Assembly (NCBI GenBank): GCA_016935665.1
Contig: JAFGQN010000203.1
Coordinates: forward strand, 49,237 to 113,236
Direction of reading: 5' to 3'
DNA: 64,000 nt
Source: Deltaproteobacteria bacterium
Lineage (GTDB): Bacteria; Myxococcota_A; Polyangia; JAAYKL01
Shown: piece by piece, positions 1 through 8,672 of the stretch
Numbering within the stretch: the stretch's first letter is position 1
Layout: every line of letters begins with the position of its first letter
Made by a program: the position numbers and the translations under genes
Notes under the pieces: model-generated
Database searches by the model: none
Seen by the model: the letters and a program-made list of their open reading frames with translations, nothing else
What the model was told of the DNA's origin: nothing

Positions 1-55
1 AGATCAATTCTCCGTCAACACTGAGACAGAAGTTTATATAACGCCGAAAAACGAA

Positions 56-1195
56 ATGAAACGACAACAACTTACGGTGTTATCGATCGTTTATGAACCA
101 CAACAGGAAATTATCGCACTCATTCCACCGGATTTCGAGCTCAAAGACGATGCCACTTATCTTGTTACTGTGGATCTGCCGTTCGGGTACAGTATTGATA
201 GAAAGTTCAGATATAGTCCCGGGGATTGCGCCGATACCGATACTGACGAAGATACCACACCAGGAACCGCAAACAAAGAGACAGGTGACGACTCGACTAC
301 GGAAACCATTAATGACACGGAAGATACAGTGACGAACCAGACAGACACTATGTCAGATAAAGATACGACCAGTGTCGCATCCCCTGATACTGACGCGGAC
401 TCAGAGACAGACACGGATTCCGATACAGAGACAACGGGTATTCTAAGTATCATCGCCCTGAAAGAAGCAGATTACAATGTGGAATACACGTCGGGCCGAT
501 TGAACAGTAACTTCGAGGTACCCAATGAAGCCGGTACATTCGTTGAAGCGCGGCTCAAATTAGTGCTTGGCAGATGTTCAGAGGCCAATCGGTATGTGAA
601 CGGCAGCTGGGTGGCTTTCTGGTTGCTCGGCAGCAACTCAGATGAGCAAGGCTACGGCGGAACGGTCCCCTGGCCGGAATGCGGTGAGATCGTAATGGTC
701 CAGTGGATCGGCGCATACGGCGATACGTATTTCACGACAAACCAATCGGGCAGCCCTGCATTTGATGTCGACCACAACGTGCAGAGCTACATCAACTTCA
801 CAACCGGGCCCGAACATTGGCATACGTACGGGGTTCGATTTAACGGCGATACGATTACCTTCACGTTTGACGGTGAAAACATGAGCACCAAAATCTACAA
901 TGACGCTGAAGACCACACCCACCGCATACTGCTGAATATGGCTGTCGGCGGGGTTTTGGGCGGAATCGTCGATGAAAATTTAATCCAGGATATGCTTCAG
1001 GTAGACTGGGTACGGGTGACAGATGCGGACGGCGAGCTGTTGTGGGCGGATGAAATGAACTCCGAAACCTTTACCCGCGCCAACTGGTTTCCCCATGTTG
1101 GCAAGGCATACAACAATGAGTTGCAATATTATACAAATTGGGAATCTGACAATTTTCAGTGGCATGGCGATTTCTCTCTCGGCGAGTGTGATTAG
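56..1195 (+). CDS. Secreted / cell-surface protein: acidic D/T/S-rich low-complexity linker followed by a GH16-like (concanavalin A-like beta-jelly-roll) domain. Probably 5'-partial, because the reading frame is open back to the window edge.
   Basis: 379-aa ORF. Linker (aa ~57-125) reads DTDTDEDTT...DTDADSETDTDSDTETT. The C-terminal domain carries W-P-E-C-G-E-I-V-M-V-Q-W-I-G, which aligns to the GH16 laminarinase motif W-P-x-x-G-E-I-D-I-M-E-x-x-G. The catalytic Asp and acid/base Glu positions are Val and Gln here. No signal peptide at the first ATG, and there is no in-frame stop between position 2 and 56. Confidence 0.6.
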   Translation: MKRQQLTVLSIVYEPQQEIIALIPPDFELKDDATYLVTVDLPFGYSIDRKFRYSPGDCADTDTDEDTTPGTANKETGDDSTTETINDTEDTVTNQTDTMSDKDTTSVASPDTDADSETDTDSDTETTGILSIIALKEADYNVEYTSGRLNSNFEVPNEAGTFVEARLKLVLGRCSEANRYVNGSWVAFWLLGSNSDEQGYGGTVPWPECGEIVMVQWIGAYGDTYFTTNQSGSPAFDVDHNVQSYINFTTGPEHWHTYGVRFNGDTITFTFDGENMSTKIYNDAEDHTHRILLNMAVGGVLGGIVDENLIQDMLQVDWVRVTDADGELLWADEMNSETFTRANWFPHVGKAYNNELQYYTNWESDNFQWHGDFSLGECD

Positions 1196-1433
1196 GATAG
1201 AATGTAAAGCGCTCAGGAAACATTCCCTGGTTTCAGACAACGATATCCCCTTTGTTGTTTGTCGTGTTTTGTTTGTCGTTTGTCCTTTGTAACCGAAAAC
1301 GCCCGCTTTTTGCTTGTGGGGACCACAGCTTATGGATATCTTCTTTTTGAATTTCAATGTGAGTGAACGATAATCATTCAATACGAACTTCACGAAAATT
1401 ATATGGTGCAACTTTGATACGCGAGGGCTTTAT

Positions 1434-2975
1434 ATGGAAAAATCGATATGGTTTCTGTTGGCATATCTGACCCTGGGCATTTTTGTTTACGCAGGATGCT
1501 CGTCGAACAGGAACGGGGAAGAAGACCATGATAGCGGTACAAGTGACGCCGACACGGATGCTGATTCGGACAGCGATGCGGACACAGACGCGGATGCCGA
1601 TACCGATAGCGATACCGATAGTGACACAGACACCGATACAGATTCGGACGCGGATTCGGATGCGGATTCGGATGCGGACACAGACACGGATTCGGACTCG
1701 GACACAGACACGGATGCGGATTCGGACTCGGATACGGATAGCGAAACGGATACCGATATAGACAGTGAAGCCGCGGCCGCTGTTGACGCCATTGCAGTGA
1801 CCAACATTGATGACGTTCGCGGCAATCTGACGCTGCCAACCACATCAAATGGTCTGCCCGTTACCTGGTCATCTGATAATCCGTCAATCATATCTGCGGC
1901 GGGTATCGTGAATCGTCCTGGCAGTGATACCGTTGTCGTACTAACCGCAACAGCTGTGAATGGAGATGGCAAAGCGAGCCGAAAGATTACGGCACAGGTG
2001 CTGGGTGCGGTTGACCTGGCTCCGTTTGAGGGCTATGCGTTTGCATACTTTACCGGCAATTCCATAGCCGGCGAAAAAATTCACTTCGCTGTGTCACGGG
2101 GCAATGATGCGCTCAAATGGGATGAACTCAACGACGGTCAGCCGATATTCACCTCAACATATGGCACAAAAGGCCTTCGCGACCCGTTCATCATTCGGTC
2201 CCCGGAGGGCGACACCTTTTACATGATCGCCACCGACCTTTCCATCGGCTCTGGAACCTCATGGGATGAAGCGCAGCGCCAGGGGTCTCTCCATCTCGAA
2301 GTGTGGGAATCGCACGACCTTGTATCGTGGTCGAAGCAGCGCCATGTCAAGGTATCTCCTGACACTGCGGGTAACACCTGGGCGCCTGAGGCCTATTACA
2401 ACGAGGACCTTGGCGCATACGTGGTATTCTGGGCATCGAAGCTTTATGAAGAGAACGACTCCAATCACACCGGAAATACCTACAACCGGATGCTCTATGC
2501 GACCACCCGGGATTTCGTCACATTTTCTGAACCGCAGATTTGGCAGGACGGTATTTCGCGCATCGATTCAACGGTGCTTAAAATCGGTGACGTGTATCAT
2601 CGCTTTACAAAGGATGAAGGCGCCGGTACCACCGGTTGCTCGGATATCATTCAGGAAACGTCAACAAAGCTCACAGCTCCTTTGCCGGAGTGGACGATGA
2701 TCGACAGCTGCATCGGCAAAAACGCAGGTACCAGCGCAGTTGAGGGACCGTCTGTTTTCAAGTCGAACCCCGGCGATATCAATGGCAACTACTTTTATCT
2801 GTTTGTAGACGAGTACAGCGGTCGCGGCTATATCCCCCTGCGTACCTCAGACATTGGCAACCCGTCATGGACCGTGGCGCCGTCATATGATCTCCCCGCA
2901 GCCCCTCGCCATGGCACCGTGATGCCTGTGACCGCCGGTGAGCTGGAAAAGCTGAGGGCACAAATCAATAAATGA
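1434..2975 (+). CDS. Lipoprotein: acidic (D-x-D-x) repeat linker + Ig-like domain + glycoside hydrolase family 43 domain
   Basis: Signal peptide with lipobox (LTLGIFVYAGC). About 100 aa of DTDADSDSDADTD... repeats. The GH43 hallmarks are present: the general-base Asp in GLRDPFIIRSPEGDTFYMIATD and the acid Glu in the SAVEGPSVFK (EGP) motif. Confidence 0.8.
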   Translation: MEKSIWFLLAYLTLGIFVYAGCSSNRNGEEDHDSGTSDADTDADSDSDADTDADADTDSDTDSDTDTDTDSDADSDADSDADTDTDSDSDTDTDADSDSDTDSETDTDIDSEAAAAVDAIAVTNIDDVRGNLTLPTTSNGLPVTWSSDNPSIISAAGIVNRPGSDTVVVLTATAVNGDGKASRKITAQVLGAVDLAPFEGYAFAYFTGNSIAGEKIHFAVSRGNDALKWDELNDGQPIFTSTYGTKGLRDPFIIRSPEGDTFYMIATDLSIGSGTSWDEAQRQGSLHLEVWESHDLVSWSKQRHVKVSPDTAGNTWAPEAYYNEDLGAYVVFWASKLYEENDSNHTGNTYNRMLYATTRDFVTFSEPQIWQDGISRIDSTVLKIGDVYHRFTKDEGAGTTGCSDIIQETSTKLTAPLPEWTMIDSCIGKNAGTSAVEGPSVFKSNPGDINGNYFYLFVDEYSGRGYIPLRTSDIGNPSWTVAPSYDLPAAPRHGTVMPVTAGELEKLRAQINK

Positions 2976-3087
2976 GAGAGAACCTGGAGAACAGAGCACA
3001 CAGTAGAGGATGTGGTCTTCGTCTCAGGTCAGCATTACGTTTCGGATTACGTGCCCTTTGTCCTTCAAACAAATTTCATCGGCCAGA

Positions 3088-3735
3088 TTAAGCAGGGCGT
3101 GCTGCCACCAGCAGATAGTAGAATCCTCCATAGACCTCCTGATAGAATACTTCATCAGAGGATTGTGTAAGATATTCGCGAACGGTCCGGTCAAGATCGA
3201 CGCCGCCGAATGGTACACTGATGGCCCGGAAGACGCCGTTGATAGCGTTGAAGCCCTTGTGGGATGACAGCTTGAATCCAATAAAACCAATGCGTCCTCC
3301 TGGCTTAACGGCGTTGACCATCATGTCGATTGTTTCTTTCCAGGGAGGAATAATTTCGATGGCGAAGGTGCACAGCGCAGCATCGAAAGGTTCGTTGGGC
3401 TGATACGCCTTTGAATCGGTTTCCACAAGCTTGATATTCTTAAATCCCGCCTTTTCAACACGCTGCCTTGCAAGCGTCAAGGTCTTTGGCGACTGATCGA
3501 TACCGCATATCAGTCCCTTTTCACCAAGCGCCTTATGGAGCAGCTTGAAATTCAATCCAGTGCCACAGGCCACATCCAGCACCCGTGAGTGGTCGGATAA
3601 CCCGAGCTGGTCAATGACCCGTGCCCGATATGGAGAGTCGGCGGTTGCCCGGCAGGTCCACGCATCCAACTCCCAAAAAAAAGGAATACTTGAAAATCTG
3701 TCATACATTTGACGAATCGTGGAATTTTTCATCAT
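3088..3735 (-). CDS. Class I SAM-dependent methyltransferase (UbiE/COQ5-like fold)
   Basis: Motif I VLDVACGTGLNF and post-I VKPGGRI. I chose the start at the MMKNS ATG pair (3735), which is preceded by GGGGGAG; the ORF track begins 20 codons earlier at 3795. Confidence 0.75.
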   Translation of the reverse strand: MMKNSTIRQMYDRFSSIPFFWELDAWTCRATADSPYRARVIDQLGLSDHSRVLDVACGTGLNFKLLHKALGEKGLICGIDQSPKTLTLARQRVEKAGFKNIKLVETDSKAYQPNEPFDAALCTFAIEIIPPWKETIDMMVNAVKPGGRIGFIGFKLSSHKGFNAINGVFRAISVPFGGVDLDRTVREYLTQSSDEVFYQEVYGGFYYLLVAARPA

Positions 3736-3860
3736 GCTCCCCCTTACGCATTGAATCGCATCAACCATTGTTAATGCGGAATGATATAAACACAAAGCGA
3801 CAAATTCGTTTACAGAAAAAGTTGCCAGAAATCACTGTATTCTCTTAGAACGGAGATATT

Positions 3861-4946
3861 ATGAATACAGTGATTTTTGGAAAATTTCGATTCAATTCAT
3901 TTCACTTCCCTGGTTTGACCTGCTGCGCGGTGCTGTTGGTCTGGTATTTCGCGTGGAATATCAGGGCCCTTGAACCGAACGATAACATTAAATCAACCTC
4001 TGACGACTCGATTTCTTCAGTATCAAACAGCGTCACAGATGACAATGATGATATCCTTATTGAACAACAAACCGAATGTTTGGATGGTCCAAAGTTGCAG
4101 CAGGCGCTTGCTTTCGTTTTAAACAGATACCCCGAAAAACGCCAACTGATGACGATTGTGGCCTCGGATGCGCCCACAGAAGCAGGCGCCAATCTGCACC
4201 TGCGCGCTATTATGAAAAGCAGCGGCGAGATTTCTTTGGACAGACAGTTTTCCCTCGAAAGCGCCGATTGCAATAGCGCGGCGGACTTGCTCTCTTTGGT
4301 GCTGGAGCAGTTTCTGACGGATTTTTCGGTGGAGCAGTGGCGCGCAGAACATGAATCGGATGCATTGATGCCGCAAAAGGTGGCGTCAACAGAAGCTTTG
4401 GAGGAGAAGCCAACTGAAAAGATAGTTGAAAAAGTAGTGACTCGGGAGATCGTGAAAGAGGTGGTGGTGGAAAAAGATACCGCAACTCTGGCGGGTTTTG
4501 TGTTTGTGGGGGCAGATTTTCGCTGGATCACACCGGGCGTGGATTTTGAATTGGGCGTGGCGTTTGATACGGGAACATCGGCCCATCGACTGATTGCGGG
4601 GAGTATTTACAGGGCAACCATGCCCAAAACGCTTGGAAGCGGTCGTTACATGGAAAATCTGTTTTTGCTGTGCGTGGGATGGCAATACCGTGCCGCCAGA
4701 ATAGTGGTACGTTCGGAAGTGCGAGTGGGCGCAGAGCTGATTTCGGGATTTGGCTATGGCACCAGCTACAACGAATGGAACTTACAGTTAGAGTTTAACG
4801 AAGCGCTTTTGTTTCAGCTGGGCGCCTTTCGTTTGGGCCCCCAGATTGGCATTTCCCCCATTCGACGCCACATCTTTGTTGCGGGGGGGCCAAAAGAAAA
4901 TCTGCCGAATTTCAGAGCCGGAATCTCCTTTGGAAAAACATTTTAA
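3861..4946 (+). CDS. Hypothetical membrane-anchored protein with a C-terminal beta-barrel-like region (possible outer-membrane protein)
   Basis: N-terminal hydrophobic segment (LTCCAVLLVWYFAW). GGAG 8 nt upstream of the ATG. The C-terminal ~150 aa have alternating hydrophobic pattern and end in a terminal Phe (ISFGKTF*). Lies just upstream of the ECF sigma factor. Confidence 0.4.
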   Translation: MNTVIFGKFRFNSFHFPGLTCCAVLLVWYFAWNIRALEPNDNIKSTSDDSISSVSNSVTDDNDDILIEQQTECLDGPKLQQALAFVLNRYPEKRQLMTIVASDAPTEAGANLHLRAIMKSSGEISLDRQFSLESADCNSAADLLSLVLEQFLTDFSVEQWRAEHESDALMPQKVASTEALEEKPTEKIVEKVVTREIVKEVVVEKDTATLAGFVFVGADFRWITPGVDFELGVAFDTGTSAHRLIAGSIYRATMPKTLGSGRYMENLFLLCVGWQYRAARIVVRSEVRVGAELISGFGYGTSYNEWNLQLEFNEALLFQLGAFRLGPQIGISPIRRHIFVAGGPKENLPNFRAGISFGKTF

Positions 4947-5075
4947 AATAAATTGAAGATTCGAAACCGAAGTGGACAATAACAACGGGTGCCAGGTGAA
5001 CCCTCACGGGAGGGGCTCAAGCTGCGTTTATTGGTAATTATACGTGCTTTGTGATGACAACACCGGATTTGGAAT

Positions 5076-5600
5076 TTGCAGGAACATATAAACATCGACA
5101 TTTTGTTTACGGAGCACGCGCCGTTTCTGGGACGCGTCATTGAACGTATTTCCGGCAGGGGGCCGCACGTCGATGACATACTGCAGGAAACCTTTATTGT
5201 TGCGTATAAAAAGCGCCACAAATTCGATGCCTCAAAATCACTGCCGCGCACCTGGCTGTATGGCATTGCGGTAAAGCTCTGTTTGGGCCATGAACGCGGA
5301 AAACGGCGATTTAACCTGTTTTATAACAGATTCTCCAGCGAGATAACGGAGTCGCCCAGACGGCCGGATGACTTGATGGAACAGGAATCTTTGACGCGCA
5401 CAGTTCGCAACGCCATTGAAAAAATGCCCATGAAGCAGCGCGAGGTATTTGTGCTTTTCGAATTGGAAGAAATGGATGGCAGGCAAATCAGCGAATTGCT
5501 CAACATACCGGAGGGGACGGTGTGGACCCGTTTGTTGCACGGCAGAAAACACTTTAAAAAACAAATAGCCCGAATTACCGGGACCGGTGGTATCAGATGA
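5076..5600 (+). CDS. ECF-type RNA polymerase sigma-70 factor
   Basis: Region 2 (DDILQETFIVAYKKRHKFD...PRTWLYGIAVK) and region 4 HTH (REVFVLFELEEMDGRQISELLNIPEGTVWTRL). The track start is a TTG; the exact start is uncertain. Confidence 0.85.
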   Translation: MQEHINIDILFTEHAPFLGRVIERISGRGPHVDDILQETFIVAYKKRHKFDASKSLPRTWLYGIAVKLCLGHERGKRRFNLFYNRFSSEITESPRRPDDLMEQESLTRTVRNAIEKMPMKQREVFVLFELEEMDGRQISELLNIPEGTVWTRLLHGRKHFKKQIARITGTGGIR

Positions 5601-6547
5601 AACAGCGCCAATTCCCAAAACCGTTGATAAAGACCCAAACGTATGGCCCCTTGCTTGACGCCGCTTGTAAACCCGATGTGAACAGCGTTCGCCTGACTGT
5701 TGTGCAGCAACGGGTGAGTGACCAGATAACGCAGATGGAACGGCAGCCAACACGCGCTTTTTTGTGGACGTCGCTACAAGGAAGGAAGCGATCGTTGGTC
5801 TTTGCGGCGCTGCTATTGCTGACAGTATCTGTCGGGGCCACGGCATACGACGGTTCGTTATGGAAGCAAATACTCGGATTCTTTGATGAACGCACAGATT
5901 CGAAATTGCCGGACGCCGTTGAGGCCCCGGCAGATACAGGCGCTGATGCCACACACAAACGGCCAGACGGAAAGAAACGCAAACTGAATTCAGCGGGTGA
6001 TGCGCAGGACCAATTCGCTTTGCCGTCTACCGTTGTGTTGGCCAACATTGCCGAATTCGAATCGCCAATTCCATCTGACGAGACAGAGCCGATGCATTCG
6101 CGAAATAAAGGATTGCCCAATACCGATGCGTCCGCGGTGAAGGCAGCACAGGCACAAAGCGCTTTGAAAATTCAGATTGAACTTTTTAATCAGGCGAAAC
6201 GGCAGTCCCAAACGGCACAATGCGCAGACGCGCTGGACACCCTGAATCGACTGGTCGTCCAATATCCCAATACGCGACTGCGCGCGGATGTGCGGCGATT
6301 GAAACTGCGTTGTCTGGTCCAGCTGCACAGATACAGCGAGGCGTCCGGTGTTGCAACGCAGCTCATAGACGACCCGTCCATGGCCGGGAAAAAGGCGGAG
6401 CATCTGCGGATTCTGGGAGATTTACAGATTCATCAGGGGCGGTGTGATTTGGCCGTGCAGAATTATCACCGCGCTTTGGGATTGGGATTATCTGGCCGTC
6501 AGGCGGAGGCGGCCAGGAACGGTTTGAAAAAATGCAATACCCGCTGA
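5597..6547 (+). CDS. Putative anti-sigma factor: single-TM protein with a C-terminal TPR-like domain
   Basis: Start overlaps the sigma-factor stop by 4 nt (translational coupling). TM helix LVFAALLLLTVSVGATA around aa 75-95. The C-terminus has TPR-like helical repeats (LRILGDLQIHQGRCDLAVQNYHRALGL). Confidence 0.5.
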   Translation: MKQRQFPKPLIKTQTYGPLLDAACKPDVNSVRLTVVQQRVSDQITQMERQPTRAFLWTSLQGRKRSLVFAALLLLTVSVGATAYDGSLWKQILGFFDERTDSKLPDAVEAPADTGADATHKRPDGKKRKLNSAGDAQDQFALPSTVVLANIAEFESPIPSDETEPMHSRNKGLPNTDASAVKAAQAQSALKIQIELFNQAKRQSQTAQCADALDTLNRLVVQYPNTRLRADVRRLKLRCLVQLHRYSEASGVATQLIDDPSMAGKKAEHLRILGDLQIHQGRCDLAVQNYHRALGLGLSGRQAEAARNGLKKCNTR

Positions 6548-6653
6548 TTTTTTTTGAAGAATGTTCCGACATGCGGTCAATCATATGCATTGAACAAACC
6601 CGGCCAGGTGATTGAACAACGAAAAAAAAATTTAACGGAAATGGAGAAACAAT

Positions 6654-7337
6654 ATGCGTTGGATGATCTTTTTTATATTGCTCATGGGATTGATTGGATG
6701 CGACGGCGTGCTTGTTGGCGAGGATGATACGGAAAGTGATGGGACAACTACTGAATCAGACACTTTGGACTCTTCAACGGAATCTGGAATCGATTCGAAC
6801 ACTGAAGTGTACCTGGAAGATTCAAGCAGTGCTTTTGAATTGGACTCTGGAATCGATTCGAACACTGAAGTGTACCTGGAAGATTCAAGCAGTGCTTTTG
6901 AATTGGACTCTGGAATCGATTCGACCACTGAAGTGTACCTGGAAGATTCAAGCAGTGCTTTTGAATTGGATTCTGGAGTTGATTCGAACTCTGAAACGGA
7001 AACAGACACCGCCGAAGAAATTCCTTCCACCGATTCAGATATGGGGCCCATTTCCGGCGAAATCGGCACTCGATGCCCCACAGCAGGCTACTGCGATGTG
7101 GATCTGGAATGCCGTATGGATTTCTTTTACGAGCGGCGGGTGTGCACCCGGGCATGCGACATGGCCAATGACGACTGCCCGGGAGAAACCGTTTGTGTGG
7201 ACCAGATTCCAGATTATGACGGCGGTGTCATCGGCCCATATTGTCTGCGCCCCTGCAATTATCAGGCGGATTGTGAAACCATTCTTGGCAGCGATTGTGA
7301 TACCATCGACGGACTTTTAGGCCGATTCTGTTTTTAG
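6654..7337 (+). CDS. Secreted lipoprotein with three and a partial 21-aa tandem repeats and a Cys-rich C-terminal domain
   Basis: Lipobox LMGLIGC. Repeats SGIDSNTEVYLEDSSSAFELD x3 plus a partial copy. Twelve Cys in the last ~115 aa. RBS GGAGAAAC upstream. Confidence 0.6.
   Translation: MRWMIFFILLMGLIGCDGVLVGEDDTESDGTTTESDTLDSSTESGIDSNTEVYLEDSSSAFELDSGIDSNTEVYLEDSSSAFELDSGIDSTTEVYLEDSSSAFELDSGVDSNSETETDTAEEIPSTDSDMGPISGEIGTRCPTAGYCDVDLECRMDFFYERRVCTRACDMANDDCPGETVCVDQIPDYDGGVIGPYCLRPCNYQADCETILGSDCDTIDGLLGRFCF
6783..6990 (+). repeat. Near-perfect 63-bp tandem repeat x3 plus a partial fourth copy, in-frame inside the 6654..7337 CDS
   Basis: Unit tctggaatcgattcgaacactgaagtgtacctggaagattcaagcagtgcttttgaattggac starts at 6783, 6846 and 6909 with one substitution (aac->acc). 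A degenerate copy begins at 6972. Confidence 0.9.
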
Positions 7338-7354
7338 GAAAATAATTTCATTCT

Positions 7355-8287
7355 TCAGAACAGAGGAACCCTGGTCAAACTGTATGTGGTATCCGGCAGC
7401 GGGGGAGTGGTGAAGCGGGCGTTCACGGCGTACAGGGAAGATCCCACCCTGGCGATAGTGGCCGGAACATCCAGGTCTTCGTGGGTTAGGATATCACCGA
7501 TTTCACCGCTCAGATAATCTTTGTCAAAGGTGATTTCGGCTATCTGATTGATCATGTTCAAAACCACATACAGACGCTTACCCACCCAAAGCATGCCATC
7601 TCCAAATTGAACATTGCCGTCCCCAAGGTCTATCACATCGGCGACACCGGTTGTGGGATTCACTTTGTAGAGTTCGCCAAAATAGCTGTTCACCATAATG
7701 AGAAAGGAACCGTTGCAAGTGGGCGAAACGATACCGTTGCCGTTTATTTCACCGGGTTCAAAGTCGAAATCACCAGACAGCGCGATTTCTTCCAGTTGGG
7801 CGTCTTCATCAAAACGGCCGTCAAAGCCGAGCGCGAGCCGATAAAGCACTGGTCGCCACGAGTCGGTAAAGTACGCCGCCTGCTTCGTTATCACCACGTC
7901 GTTCACCATTGCTCCGTCTGCAGCCACATCCAGAATCGCTATATCGGTTCCATCAATTGCGTCGTACACATACACTTTGCCGGTGGGACCGCCTGCCACA
8001 TATAAAAAGTCCGACCGACTGTCCCATTTCATTCCCACCGCGTTGCGACCTTCGACAGGTGGCACCAGATAGCTGCCCACACCGGTAAACGGACTGACCT
8101 CATACACGGCGCCCTGAGCGATGGACCCCACCAGGAGCGATCCTGCGGGACCATTGGTCACGCCTTCCGGGTTAAACCCATCCGGCAAATCGATGGTGTC
8201 TGCGAGACCACATGCACGCGCCGCGCTGGTGACCCCGGCATTGATTGCGAAAAATGAGATAGCCAATAAAAATGCAAACTTTTTCAT
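7355..8287 (-). CDS. Secreted beta-propeller protein (SMP-30 / gluconolactonase / LRE-like or NHL-like)
   Basis: Signal peptide MKKFAFLLAISFFAINAGVTSA. Repeated blade-like motifs (YFTDS, VNDVVI, LYVV, LYAVN) in 310 aa. Fold assignment is by pattern only. Confidence 0.45.
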   Translation of the reverse strand: MKKFAFLLAISFFAINAGVTSAARACGLADTIDLPDGFNPEGVTNGPAGSLLVGSIAQGAVYEVSPFTGVGSYLVPPVEGRNAVGMKWDSRSDFLYVAGGPTGKVYVYDAIDGTDIAILDVAADGAMVNDVVITKQAAYFTDSWRPVLYRLALGFDGRFDEDAQLEEIALSGDFDFEPGEINGNGIVSPTCNGSFLIMVNSYFGELYKVNPTTGVADVIDLGDGNVQFGDGMLWVGKRLYVVLNMINQIAEITFDKDYLSGEIGDILTHEDLDVPATIARVGSSLYAVNARFTTPPLPDTTYSLTRVPLF

Positions 8288-8672
8288 CGTAAACTCCCTT
8301 AAGTCAATGTATCCAACGGCTCATCCCGCCAGACACGGTCCAACAGTCCGCTTGCGAACTGCATTTGTAAACAAAACAGATAGATTTGTGTTTGTGACCT
8401 TTGGCATCATATACTGGTCCTCATTCTATGCATATATGAAACAGGCAAACCGTTTGGAAATTATCGAAAATGTGGCATTGCCAACGCCGGATTCCGCGTT
8501 TTGATGCGGTTGCGGTGTGGGACATAAGCAGGTAAAAAAAGCGGACAACACGAGACACGTACACGAATTGCGAAAAAAATTGTGTGCTATTGCCATTGTT
8601 GGGAGAAGTGCATTCTCAGTTGAACATCCAGAATGTGGGTTGTGTCGCAGAAGCCGATCACCTGCTGACCAT

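Noticed and set aside
157-453. 98-aa antisense ORF (SVSESVSVSES...) opposite the acidic linker of the first gene; similar antisense ORFs at 1399..1972 and 6632..7155
   Set aside because: These are low-complexity mirror images of the D/T/S-repeat coding sequence on the other strand. They have no RBS or start context and are repeat artefacts.
6694-7320. 208-aa ORF in an alternative frame of the Cys-rich lipoprotein gene
   Set aside because: Same strand, shifted frame across the tandem repeat. The frame with the lipobox and regularly spaced Cys is clearly the coding one.
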